Notes under the pieces: generated by a model
Databases searched by the model: none
Told to the model about the DNA's origin: nothing
Seen by the model: the letters and a program-made list of their open reading frames with translations, nothing else
Assembly: GCF_009914755.1 (NCBI RefSeq)
Contig: NC_060926.1
Length of the DNA stretch: 64,000 nt
Strand: one strand, 5' to 3'
Origin: the human T2T-CHM13v2.0 reference genome, Homo sapiens
In this document: piece by piece, positions 1 to 12,871 of the stretch
How the letters are laid out: every line of letters starts with the position of its first letter
Numbering within the stretch: the first letter of the stretch is position 1
Position numbers and translations under genes: made by a program

Positions 1-280
1 GGGATATTCATAATTGAAAAACTCACACAATATAGTCAAGAAATGTATAAAATACTGACCCCAAACAATATTTCCAACTTTAACTCAATAACTAATGATA
101 AATTATCTGATATTTTGTCAGCAAAATTAATATTGCTGAGATTACACTTTAAAATTCTATGTTCTCTGTTATACTTTTCTTAATAAAAGAAACAATGAAC
201 ACACAGATATACATCTATTACTATATTCATGTGGCCAGTTTCTTGAGCTGTCTAAACTATGCAGTGTAAACATGAAATCC

Positions 281-594
281 TTTTTTAATTTTTAATTTTT
301 GTGGGTACATAGTAGGTGTATGTATTTATGGGGTATATGAAATGTTTTGATACAGGCATGTAATGCATAATAATCATGTCATGGAAAAGGTCCTAGGTCT
401 CTATGATCAGTGGTTAGCAAATCAATCCAGGTTTTGTGCCCTTCCCTTTAGGGTAGCAAGTTCGCCCAAGTCCCAGGTGGGTCTGAAGATCCTATCTGAA
501 AGCCAGGGACTGGAGTCAAAAGCCTTATAAATTTACCGGTATTCTATTCTGCTGCAACTAAGCTGGCACTCAAACCAAAATACAAAGTCCTTTC
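281..594 (-). mobile_element. L1MA1/2-type fragment: 3' terminus (281-~388) fused directly to a 5'UTR segment (~389-594)
   Basis: 281-388 resembles the 3' end of the full-length L1 at 29110-29215 (GTGGGTACATAGT...); 389-594 resembles its 5'UTR at ~35105-35295 (GGACTGGAGTCAAAA vs GGACTAGAGTCAAAA; AGCTGGCACTCAAA vs AGCTGGCATTCAAA). Confidence 0.75.
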
Positions 595-619
595 AGCCCT
601 CTATAGTTGTTTTCATCAA

Positions 620-1735
620 CTATAATCTCTTTTGGTCAAGTACCCAAATCTTTAGTCAATTTTTCAAATTGGTTTGTTTGGTTTTTATTATTGAATTTTG
701 AAAGTTCTATATTGTTCTGAATGTAAGTTCTCTATCAGATATGTAATTTTTAAACATTTTTTTCCAAATCTGTGGCTTGCCTTTTCGTTCTGTTAAAAGT
801 ATATTTCAAGGAGCAGATGTTCTTAACTCTGATGAAACCCAGTTTATCAAATTTTTCATTTTTGGTTTATGCATTTGGTGGTGTATCTAAGGAATTTTTT
901 TTCTAACTGAACATATTTCCTGTGCTTTTCTGTTTGCCATTTTATGTTTGTAATTTAGGTTTATGGTTCATTTTGAGTTAATTTTTATATATAGTATGAC
1001 ATGTAGATTGAAATGCTTTTGGAGGGATTTTGTTACTGTTTTTGTTGTGTTATTTGGTTAGGTTTGGATTTTTCTGCAGACAGTACACAATTATTTCACA
1101 ATTTCTTGAAAATGTCATCCTTTTTCCATTGAATTACGTTGGAATCTCTGCAGAGAGATTAGACCATGTATGGCCGAGTCTATTTCTGAATTCTCAGTTC
1201 TTTGCTGTTGACCTATTTTTCTGTCTTGACACTAATATCACGCCATCTTGATTGGTGTAGTTTATAATAAGTCTCCGAGTCAGGTACTGCAAGTCCTCCA
1301 ATTTTGCTCTTTTTTCAAAGTTATTTGCGTGATTCTAAGTATTTGCATTTCCATTTGCATTTTAGAATGAGGTTGCTAAGTTTTGCTGGAATTTTTATTG
1401 GGATTACATTCAATCTACTGATGAATTTGAGGGAAATCAACACATTAACAATATTAATTCTTTCAACCCATGGACAAGTCATATGTCTCCCTTATTTAGT
1501 CTTTAATTTTTCTCATTTGACATAAGCATTTCATCATTTTCATGCAGTTGTAGCTTTTAATTTTATTTCTGATCATTTTTTGCTATTGCATAGAAATACA
1601 ATTGAATTTTGTATATTAATCTCATATCTTGCAACTTTGCTAAATTCACTAGTTCTAGTAGCTTTTGAATATATTCTATAGTATTTTCTATGTAGACTAT
1701 TATGTCATCTGCAAATAAAGACACTTTTATTTCTT
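620..1735 (-). mobile_element. Old L1 (L1MC/L1ME-type) ORF2 3' region, degraded
   Basis: Antisense L1 ORF2 motifs, e.g. TTTTATTGGGATTACATTCAATCTA and TATGTCATCTGCAAATAAAGACA. Confidence 0.8.
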
Positions 1736-1928
1736 ATTAATATGAGAAAGAGATAGGATATACTATTATACATGTTAGATTAGACATAGGGATTTTCCCT
1801 CTGAAATCCCATTAAAATGAGAATTAAGAAGTAAAATATGCATGACCCACAAGAACAAGGAAGCCACTAGAAGTGACAGTCAATAAAAAAATCAGCCAAC
1901 TTTAAGAGAAGATGGGAATGTGATGTGA

Positions 1929-2417
1929 TGTAAGGCCTTACATTAATATTATATGCTGTCTTGGCATCTGGTAAAATCAAGAGGACCTCAAATGGCCTAA
2001 CTGCAAGTCCCTGTTTCCACGCTGCTTCCTCAGGTAAGGTCCTGTAATCAAACTATTCTCTTTATCATGGCAACCAGGCAGAATGCCTGCTTATCTCTGA
2101 GTAGTGGGGCTTCAGTTTGCTACCAGCCCTCAGAGAATTATTCAAATAAGACAAAAGTGAACCACTGGTCACTGCACTCTCTTGTTATGAGAAAGTCTAA
2201 CTCCCAATCCATTGCCTGTTCACTCTATTCCCAAGTGCAACCCCTGTGTGGTCCAGTGTGACTCAGTGTCAACAACCCTGGGCTATGCATATACAACAAG
2301 TAAACTGCTATAGAGCTCATCTGTCTGGTATTGGATGGCATGTATTCAGCCATCTCCACAATCTTAGGATAGGAAACTCTTTCTCACCAATGGGGTGAAG
2401 AGAAGGTGTCTCAAACA
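1929..2417 (+). mobile_element. ERVL-class solo LTR, MER54-like
   Basis: TG...CA termini; GGCATCTGGTAAAA..CTCAAATGGCCTAACTGCAAG and CCTGCTTATCTCTGAGTAG match the recalled MER54 consensus. Confidence 0.6.
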
Positions 2418-2832
2418 AGGAAGCAGATGGAGGCATTATCAAGACCTATGTCCAAGTATGAGCTACAACAGGCTCATACTGGAGGTGCTGATCACTGCAG
2501 ACACTGAGGAAAGGTGTGGAACTGAAAAGAGAGGGATTTATTGAATGTTTACATAAAGAGAATTTAGAATACTAAGTCTCCTCCACATCCAAATGATTAT
2601 CCATCCTCTACCCTTGCAGTAAATTGGAGGATCATTCTCAGGATACGGAGAACCTGAGTTCCAGACATAGGCACATCAGGCACAATAAAGAGGAAGGAAG
2701 ACATAGACCTGCCTTAGGGAGAAAGGGAAACTGCCAAAAACTGTACCTCCCACCACTGACTCCAAGAATTTTCACAGTCAAGCGTATGCTGCCCCTAGGA
2801 GGAGACTGGAGGATTTTCCTTGAAAAAACTGA

Positions 2833-3294
2833 AAGGCTCGTTAATTTTATGTGACCATTTTGGCTAGGCCACAATACCAGATATTTGATTAAATATTATT
2901 CCAGATATTTTCGTAAAAGTTTTCTTTAAATTAGATTAACACTTAAGTCAGTAGACCTCGAGTAAAGCAGACTTCTCTCCATAATATGAATGGGCATCAT
3001 CTAATCAGCTAATGGCCTAAATAAAAAATTACTGACCTCTTTTAATGAAAAGAGAATTCTACCAGCAGACAGCCTTTAGATTCAAACTGCAGTATCACCT
3101 CTTCCCTGGGTCTCTAGCCTACTGGTTTAACCTGCAGATTTTGAACTTGCCAGATGTCACAATTACGTGAACCCATTTCCTAAATCTCAATCTCAATCTC
3201 TCTCTCTCTCTCTCTCTCTGCCTCAAACACACAGACACACATGCACACACACAGCCTAGTGGTTCGATTTCTATGGAGAATCCTGAATAATACA
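2833..3294 (+). mobile_element. MLT2 (ERVL) solo LTR with internal (CT)n(CA)n
   Basis: GTTAATTTTATGTG start, GAGTAAAGCAGA core, ends GGAGAATCCTGAATAATACA. Confidence 0.85.
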
Positions 3295-3378
3295 ATTACA
3301 AAAGCTACCATTTGGACATCACCCCAAAAAATGGCCAGGTGGGCAAAATGACAAGGTCCCTACTTCATCACTGCATAG

Positions 3379-3635
3379 CAATAATTCTCAGTTGCAGCGA
3401 TGCGGTCCTATAGAAAACATTTGGCAATATCTGGAGACATTCTTGGTTGTCATAACTGGGAGGGGTGCTACTGGCATCTAGTGGATAGAGGCCAGGAATG
3501 CTGTGAAACTTCCAATAATGCAGAGGATAGACAACAAACTATTATTCAGCCCAAGATGTTAATATTGCTGAAAATATTGACTGTCAATATTAATACAATT
3601 TCTCAATCTTGAGAAACTAAGATTGAGAAACCCTG
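3379..3635 (+). mobile_element. MER20 (hAT-Charlie) with a ~48-bp insertion near its 3' end
   Basis: ACATTTGGCAATATCTGGAGACATT, GGGGTGCTACTGGCATCTAGTGG, terminal TTGAGAAACCCTG. Confidence 0.9.
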
Positions 3636-4454
3636 ATCTATAGTGAAACCCACTATTTAGCAAATTAGTGCTTCTCTCTTGATTATGAATAAACCACCAA
3701 GGGCATTGGACACTTAAGAAGTTTTCAACATTGAAGATATTTAAACCAACAAAAATAGCACAAAAACCAAAATAAAATTTCAACACAGATGCTGTTAACA
3801 TGCTAAGGGAGAATAACGTTAAGACATTGTGTTTAATAAGAATATGTTCTATTGAAAAGAGGATATTAGAACATTTCAGAAAATGACAAAGAATTTTTAA
3901 AACTGCACATAAAAGATTGGAAAGATGGAGGACTGAGGTAAGGAGTTAAGGCAGATTATTTATAAAGCTGTAAAGACATCTCAACAGAAAACCTAAACAA
4001 TAGAAGTCTGTAAAAATGATTTCAAATTCAGAAAAAAACATTCTGTTCAATTGAGAATTAAATCCAGGCAACCATCAACTGGTTTAAGATTAGGATAAAA
4101 GTATTTTCAGATCAGTAAAGTTCTATGTGTCCTTTCTCAGAAAGCTACTGAAGGATGTGCTTTATCAGCTCAGGAGACAGAGGCAAAAAAAAACAAAAAA
4201 AACATGTAGGATCAATGTGCAGAGGCTAGCAGGCAAGCAGACCAGATTGACGTGGGAAGATGGGGTGCTCCAGAAGGAATGTTTTCACAAAAAATTGAAC
4301 TAACTGATTATTTACATGGCCATTTAAAAAATAATATTCTGTTGGAGAGACTGGGAAGAATTACTGATAAGCAAATAAAGGAAGATGAAATCAAGTATAA
4401 AAAGACAGTATTAAATCCAGGAAAAACAGAAAATTATTTAAGATACAAAGATTA

Positions 4455-4816
<362 letters not shown>

Positions 4817-4974
4817 CTATTATCCTTTGTTATGTATTAAATCACTAAAACCTAATATGAACAAATACTATAAGTAAAAATATTGAAAACAATGGAATAA
4901 ATGAGTGTATTGTGGTGGGATAAAATAATAGAACCAAATGCTCCAAATTAGGAACTAAATAATAGATCTCTATC

Positions 4975-5165
4975 TTTTCTCTCTCTCTCCCTCTCTCTTT
5001 CCCTTTCACCTGCCATGTGTTGATGCAGCAAGAATGCCCTCCTAAGATGCCAGAACCTTGATATTGAACTTTCCAGCCTCCAGAACTGGGTGACAATACA
5101 TTCCTATTCATTATAAATTACCCAGTCTTGGATACTCTGCTATAGCAGCACCAAACAGACTAAAG
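4975..5165 (+). mobile_element. MaLR LTR 3' half (MSTD/MLT1A-like)
   Basis: CCAGCCTCCAGAACTG..ATAAATTACCCAGTC..ATAGCAGCA..AAACAGACTAA. Confidence 0.8.
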
Positions 5166-5276
5166 GAGTATACAAAATAAAAGTCTCACAAAACTTCAAA
5201 TAACACAAAGAGGCAAGACAACTGAGTCAACCCAAAACATGTAAGTACCCTGAATATAAAAGAACAGAACCGTTAG

Positions 5277-5640
<364 letters not shown>

Positions 5641-7560
5641 TAGCTAGTGTTTCTAAACTAGATGTTATTGGTTTGTAATGCTGTTAATACTTAATTTATA
5701 AGTATTAATTAATTTGGTTTTAAGTGGCATAAAAACCATAAACATAAGAAACATACCTAGTTTTATCTTTGTGCTTTTATAATGTTATAAAAAATTTAAA
5801 TTAACATTGGAATTTCATAAGTTTTTTCTTAAAATCTGTATATTATTTCAGTTAGAGAATTACTGTCCTATAATTATTGCCTTAACAAAGGGCAATTCCT
5901 TCCCACTGAATACAACATATTATTTCTACTCCTGTTATTTTACAATTGTAATCACTACTTTTTATATTTAAAGATAGCAGGGTAAAAGAAGCATGGTTAA
6001 AGACAGATCTGGATGTGATTTTTGTAATTATGCCACTGTACACAAAGTGCTAGCCTGCACCTAGCACTTTGCTATAATTATGGACATAATTATATCTTCC
6101 TCAAATATTTGTGAAGATTAAAACATCAAGCTCAAAGCAGGAGCTGGACAAATAGGTTGTGGTTCACAAAAGATAGAGCCATTAACCTTATATATAGTTA
6201 CACATGAAAAGTATACTATGAAATCTATTTTGAAGATGAAAAGTTGATAATCCTTTGGTTGACATGAAAATGGGGTGTTCACAAATACGTGTACATCTCT
6301 TTTCTTCATTTCAGTGTCAATCGATGGCAGTTGGAACTAGCTACTAGTAATTTTCCTCATCAATAGTTCTTGGATCTATTAAATTATACCTTTTCTCATT
6401 TGCTCTGTCATTTTAAAATCAATATAAACATATTCCAACTGTTTTATTAAATTGGAAAATTACTGAAATTGAGTCTCCAAAGTTGACCCAGAAACCAGCT
6501 GTTCTAAAATAGTATTTTCTGTTTTAGGTAGATCCCACAAAAATGCCATGAATGACATAGCACAGAAAAGCCAAGGGGAGAAGAGCTAAGAGAAAGTCTG
6601 AGATATTCTTCCTAGGAAGCAGAAAGTATAAGTTTAACATGGACATTCTCTAGAAAATGTTGAACAAGAGGGGGCTTCCCCACTGTATCCGTAAATATCC
6701 TAGCCCTCAGAATCATCACTACCACCCTCAAAATAATTATGCAGTATTCCTGTATATTTTTACAATTTAATTGTTACAATTGTGCAAAGTATTTTCACAT
6801 ACATAAACTGTCCCTCAGTTTACAGAAAATAGCACTATTAGCCTAGTGTAGCTCCAGGATTCAAGCCCATTCTTTCACTTCACAGCAACCTAGTGTCTCC
6901 TCCACAGTGAGAGAGTAGGAAGTCTTGCACCTACAAGGCTAACGAAATCAAATTTGCACATGAACTCAAAGGCACGTTAAAATGAGTTCAGTAAAAAACA
7001 AAAAGGTATTCATATCTCCTATTAAATAAGTTCCTAAGGAATAAGCATTTCTTACACTTTTAAAAAGAAAAGACTAAAAATCACATTTTATACTGATTGG
7101 GATGACCTGTTTTAATGAGCAGTGGACATGTTCAAATTTATAAAACATCTTGATCAGATATACAAAGTAAAAAAATCAGAATAGATCTGAGAAGAAAGGA
7201 CCGGATGTTCTCGCTAAAGCTTAAAAAGAAATAAGACCATGTGCCTCAAAGGAATAGAAATATGAGGTCATGGGAAAGTCCTGAAATGTTTCAGCCTGCC
7301 ATGGGAGCATGCTTGCTTATTGACAAGGGAAGAACAATAGATTTGTTAGGAGAGATTAAGAAAGAGACAAAACATCAATAAACAAGAGTTTTAAAATTTT
7401 TACCACCCACAAAAAGACTATCTAAATGATTCAAATGCATTTTTGATGTCAAATCCTGCAAATACACTTTCTTTCTGCTCTGGAATAAACCAATACATAA
7501 AATGATGCTAAATACATTTAAAGTATGCTCCCATGAATAAGACTTGGGTCTATATTCAAA

Positions 7561-7589
7561 TGCTGACTCAGCGATTGTCACATGACTCA
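7561..7589. promoter_or_regulatory. Near-perfect Maf/AP-1 (MARE-like) element plus a second AP-1 site
   Basis: TGCTGACTCAGC at 7561-7572 and ATGACTCA at 7582-7589; motif match only. Confidence 0.3.
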
Positions 7590-7737
7590 ATTATTACAAA
7601 GTGAAGCAAAAATTGCTTATTCCTGGTTAATCAGCTGGGAACCCCATTCCTTATAAAAGAAGGTTATCACTTCTTCACACGAAATACAACAGGAGAAAAT
7701 TTTATCTTAATCAGACAAGCTAATTGGTATTATAGAC

Positions 7738-8534
7738 TGTGTGCCACTTATCAATTTATTGCTTCTTATTTCTGAATTCACCCTTCACTATATGCTCTGT
7801 ACCAAATCAAGGATTCCTTTAAAACTTTTCACTTTAATGAGCACAATGTTAAGATTTCTCAGTAGAGGGCGCTGGAGAGACATTGCAGGAGGAAGAGATT
7901 AGCTGTATGGGTGTGCAGACATCCAGTGGAATGTGCCCCAGCCACCAGCTTAGAACATGATTCCATTGAGACCTCGTTGCATCCTAGACCTATCAATAAC
8001 CTTTCTTCAGTCCTCTAGACATGGAAACCAGAACCCTCCACACATGTAGGTGTTGCTCTGATGGCCTCCTGCCACACCAACACCTGGACTCTCTGAGTGG
8101 ATTTCCAACATCTGCTTCTGACCTGGAGCATCAAACACCAAGCAGTGTTTCAAACCCCCACTCTCATGCCAGGCTGCATGTGCTACAGGCCTTCTACCAT
8201 GGCTGGCACCAGACTCTCACTGCAAAACCATGCCACCACGTGCTAACCTACCTAACCTACCCTGCTTGCCCAGGAACTCTAGACCTGCTCAGGCCTGGCC
8301 TAACCAGTAAACACCTCTGCTATCCATTGGGCTAAACTATACCTTCCCCAACAAGGTCTGAAACACGCCCCTTCTGAGTTTGTCCTCCCTTAGGCACTCT
8401 TCCTCAGCCCTAGGCTACTATATAGTTTCCTTATATAGTTTCTCTTTTATCACAGTTAATAATTCTTTACATTAACTTCCCTTATATAACCTGCTGTCTG
8501 GTTTCTGTCTCCCAATTGGACCCAGACTACTACA
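7738..8534 (+). mobile_element. ERVL solo LTR, LTR41/LTR33 family
   Basis: TGTG..ATCAATTTATTGC..AATTCACCCTTCA start, CAGTAGAGGGCGCTGGAG core, ends TGGTTTCTGTCTCC..TGGACCCAGACTACTACA. Confidence 0.75.
7856..7874 (+). promoter_or_regulatory. Candidate CTCF binding site inside the LTR41-like LTR
   Basis: TTCTCAGTAGAGGGCGCTG fits the CTCF core CCASYAGRKGGCRS at all but the first position; CpG retained. Confidence 0.55.
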
Positions 8535-8584
8535 GCTTGGAAATAGAGAAAATAAATCAAATCTAAAATCAAGAAATATGCTTT

Positions 8585-8762
8585 AATTTATTAAGTACTA
8601 TATGCCAGACCATAGACAATTTAAGTATTTTATATCATTTAATCTTCAAAATAATTCAGCAGGATTAAATATTTGAGGCTCAGAAAGATTAAATAATGTG
8701 TCCATGTTTGTTCAGCTTAGTTGGAGGCATAAACAGATTTCAAACCATTGTCCATCTGAATA
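8585..8762 (-). mobile_element. MIR fragment
   Basis: TCATTTAATCTTCA..TGAGGCTCAGAAAGATTAAATAA antisense MIR core. Confidence 0.7.
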
Positions 8763-10203
8763 CAAATAATTTTAACTTATGAAATTAAATATGCATATTG
8801 ATAAAGTTATATATTTTTATTTATACATTTATCTTTCTATGAATATATCTATCTAAATAATGTCTTTTCTGCATGGAGTAAATTGTATTGAGAGAAGATA
8901 TATTTGGGGAGTATAATTAGTGAAGCTTGGTGGTTGACTAGGTGGAGTCATGAGATATTGACAGGTATGGAAAGTAGAATTGATTATAAACATTCCTTGA
9001 AAGTTGAATGACGTTGAGCTCTCATTAGAATCACGGCAGGATTTATCACCAAAGGTGTGACAGAAAATAAAAGCAAGACTTAGAGGAAATTCATTGGAAT
9101 AATGAGTGTGAAGCATGGATGTGTAGTGGGAAAATCAGAACTAGAGGATGTTCTGAGCATTTGCTGCAGAATCCTGGTAGAATGTGCTGAGAGTCCTGCA
9201 TATAAAGGCAGCAGTGGGGATGCAGGGAATCCATAGGATGGATTCATTTCCAAAGGTACATCATTTCTATGATGGATTTGGCATCAGAATTGGTAAGATG
9301 GTTGAACAAGAGACAAATCTGAAGACTGGGAACATGTTATAGGAGAATCTCTGGAAATCCTTCACAAAGGAATGAGCCCTCTTAAAGCATCATAAAACAA
9401 TCTTTTTCTTCTCATGGGAAACAAGTAACCAACAGTAAGATAAAGCCTTATCAACTATTCATAAGCCAAATATACCAAGATAAGATAAAATTGCTATTTG
9501 GTACCAATATGTGTTCACTATTTTTATATATATATATATAACAATAAAAAGGGCTGGAAAGGTTTTCTTCTCCTTAGCAGAGATGCAAATGAGTAGTCTC
9601 TACAAAGACCTGCCTGGAAGGCTGCAGCAACCCTATGGTTATAAACCGCATTGCCTAGACGTGGAAGTCAGCTCTAGAACCCAGAACTGTTCAGATAACT
9701 GAAGAATTCTGGGTCTGTAGCAGTTCTGTGTTACTTGGTATTGTACTTCATAGAGAACTGAGAGAGTGCAAAACCCTGTGATATGCTTCTTTCTTTAGTC
9801 TTATGCAGTATTTGTTTGATTGCCATCACAAATAATCAGAGTACTACCTTTCTCAGAGAGAAGAGACAATCTCAAATTTGGTCATTCCTAAAAAACGAAA
9901 ACCTGGTGCCTTAGAAAATAACAGAAGAGAGGAAATGGCTTTCTTAACAGGCATGGTCAATTTGGGACATACTGAGCATACTGTAACTTTAGGAAAAATA
10001 AAAAATAAGCAGAGTGAAAAATAGAACCTAAGCTCAGGAGAGAAACTGAGAGACCATCTATAGGGAAATAACTGTATGACACAGAAGGCTACAGTTAAAA
10101 GGAAACATGTAGTTGTTCCAGTTTAATTCCCTTATTTTTTAGAGAGTAAGCTGAACCACTGAGAGGTAGGTGTTACCTCTGTTACTTTGGTACTTTTCCA
10201 AAG

Positions 10204-10416
10204 TGTATTAGGGTTCTCCAGCAAAACAGAGCCAACAGAAGATGTGGGGTGTGTGTGTGTGTGTGTATCCTATTGTTATATATACATACCAACATATAGA
10301 CCAATAGGATATATATATTAGAAACAGATTTATTATAAGGAATTCGTTTGCTTCATTATGACAAATCCCAAGATATGCAATCAGAAAGCTGGAGACCAAA
10401 GAGAGTCAATAATGTA
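10204..10416 (-). mobile_element. MLT2 LTR, 3' portion
   Basis: TGTATTAGGGTTCTCCAG..AACAGA..(GT)n..GATTTATTATAAGGAATT. Confidence 0.85.
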
Positions 10417-10957
10417 ACATAATAAGGAAATAAAAGAAAGGAGTACATCTCTATAAATAAATATGTGCATATATATGCATATATATACTGATATATTCCT
10501 AGCAAAATAAAGAGTAAATACTCATGGGAATTAAAATCCTCATTTCTGTAAATGATCATGTGGTTGTAACTGGTATTTATAACTCCCTTCTTCCATCACC
10601 CATTCTGTATTCCTTTTGTCTTCAGCAAGCACCTCAGTTGGTCATGCTTCTTTATATCGTGGAGTGATCCAAACTTTCATTTCTGAAGGATTTTGGTCAT
10701 TCATAGTCATTACTGGATTGCATTGTTGTAGTTTCCCATTGACCTTAATCACAGGACATGGTAAAACTAAGAGACATCTTAAGGTGTCTTCTGTATTCCA
10801 GACCTACTCTTTCTTACCAATGTTGTGGAGCAGTAGTCAAATTTCCCCTTGGTATTCAGATCAATCAACCTACCCAGCACAGTAACTCTTCTTTTCCTGT
10901 TGATTCAGAGGCATAAGGAGCCCAGATTGGCCAGATGGTAGTCTTAACTTCCAATTC
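10417..10957 (-). pseudogene. ERVL (HERV-L-like) internal remnant: dUTPase C-terminal half and pol 3' tail, disrupted
   Basis: Manual minus-strand translation gives NWKLRLPSGQSGLLMPLNQQ / VTVLGRLID / EYQGEI*LLLHN (dUTPase motif III, GxIDxDYxGEI) and VIKVNGKLQQ..MKVWITP; stops and frameshifts present. Confidence 0.85.
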
Positions 10958-10964
10958 GAACAGT

Positions 10965-11580
10965 AAACTATCTTACATGCCATTCTATCCTTTTTGGTTT
11001 TGTTTTCATTTTTAACTTTAAGAAATATCCTGGAGATGTTTTCTTACTGGTACACATAAAGCTGCTTAGCTTTTCATTTTGTGCTGTTGCAACAATTTAT
11101 TTAACGGATCTCTTGCTACAAAAATTATTCTTATACATAAATTACTTTATGCATATGCTGGCATATCTATACTGTTTATTATATACATTAAGGTTCTAAT
11201 GTAGAAGTGGACTTGAAGGATTCAAAAAGTGCATTTCTATTTATGAGAGACAACGTACAATTGCTCTCAGTACTGAGTTTACCGATTTACCTTCCCAGAA
11301 ACAATGAGAAGTGTTTGTTTTCCCAGACCATTGCCAACATAGTTTGTAATCAAGCATTCTGGTCTTTGCTACCCCAATAATTTTTAAATGTGATCACATG
11401 ATAATTTTGATTATATTTATCTTATTAAGAGAAAACTGGCATCATTTTAAATATTTGACATTATTTATATTTTCTTTGCTATAAATTATCTGAACATACC
11501 ATTTGCCCATTTTTTCTTAAATATTTATAGTAGTTCTCTATTAAGGAAATTAACACTTTGGTGTACAAATTTTTTTATAT
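10965..11580 (-). mobile_element. Old L1ME-type 3' region, degraded
   Basis: Antisense L1 3' motifs (GTTTTCCCAGACCATTGCCAACA, ATTTGCCCATTTTTT). Confidence 0.6.
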
Positions 11581-11934
11581 AATCAAATTCTACTATCTCT
11601 TTAACTCAGTATTTTTAGACATCCAAGTGATATTGTGAGAATTAGATTTTGATTGCATTCTTTTCTTCAGAGAATGAACCAAAATGGATTATTGGGCACA
11701 GGAGGAATTGATAGGAGTCAGGAATGAATCAAGTGACCATGTTTCCAGTAAACCAAGGTAGCACAGAGAGTAAGCCCATCCCTCTCCTGTCATCAGAACG
11801 ATTTGTCTAGGAAGAAAATTCTATATTACTCACTTTCTACTAAATGACTAAATGGAGAATTCCTAAGGTAAGAAATTAGAAGATTCAAGTCTCAGATAAA
11901 CAGCTAAGAAGATAGGCTTTGTTGTCAGGGTGTT

Positions 11935-12330
11935 TGAGAAACCTGGAAAACATTGCCTTAACCAAGTAATTATGGTTAAGATCACCAGCAATGAATCTTG
12001 TTGCTATCATGTACCTCCTGATACAATAAGATGAGAATGGCACTAAACCTCTGTAGTGTTGTTCTGTGAAACGCATCACACCTGCCTAATGATGAGAAAA
12101 ACATCAGACAAATCACAGTTGAGACAACTGAGAGAAAATCTGAAAAACATCTCACCACTTCTCTTCAAAGGCATCAAGGTCATGAAAAGCAGGAAAGACT
12201 GAGAAACCGTCACAAATCAGAGGCGTTTAAGAAGATATGTCAATTAAGTGTAGTATCCTGGCTTGTAGCCTGAAAAATAAAGAGGACATAAGTGAAAACA
12301 CTGGTGAAATCACAACAAAATCTGCAGTTC
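11935..12330 (+). mobile_element. L1MC3/4-type 3'UTR fragment
   Basis: CCTTAACCAAGT..ATCACCAG..GAGAAAAACATCAGACAAA..AAGGTCATGAAA..GGAAAGACTGAGAAAC..AAAACACTGGTGAAAT. Confidence 0.75.
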
Positions 12331-12871
12331 ACTTTTTACAACTTGTATATCCTTCTAGATATTTTCAACTGATTCATAATAGTTTATAGCATGCTTTTTG
12401 TTAATATTATATGAACATATTTCTATGTCATTATCATCTCCATAATTTTAATACTTGAGTAGATTTGCATTTTCTGTATATGCATTATATATATAAGAAT
12501 TAATTTAGACAATCATTACTATGAGAAATGTTGTATTTTTCAGTAATATAAATAATACTGTAATGAAGTATTATCACACGTTTTAGTCCAAGAATGAAAT
12601 GTGATAGCAAAATATTATTGCATATTGTAAACATTTCTTTGGGATACATTTCTTTAAGGAGGATTTTTGAGCCTAAGATTAGGCACATTTCTAAAGCTTT
12701 GGTCAAATTGCCATTCAGAACATTTTGAAGGTGTCCATTTTCCTTCCCCCACAAAAAATAGGTAGCATTTTGATTTATGTCTTTATGAAAGCAGTATTTC
12801 CAAAATATTTTTCTGTGATTATTGAGATAATAAATACTTTTTCGTGATGCCCATGACTTCTCTAAAACTTC

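Noticed and set aside
281-594. Spliced retrotransposed L1 as the explanation of the fused L1
   Set aside because: No canonical GT/AG at the inferred junction and no TSD found; kept only as a deletion or template-jump finding
5684-5708. 10-bp hairpin TTAATACTTA / TAAGTATTAA
   Set aside because: Short and very AT-rich; expected by chance
8870-9350. Possible L2 fragment
   Set aside because: Purine-rich resemblance only; no diagnostic motif I can support
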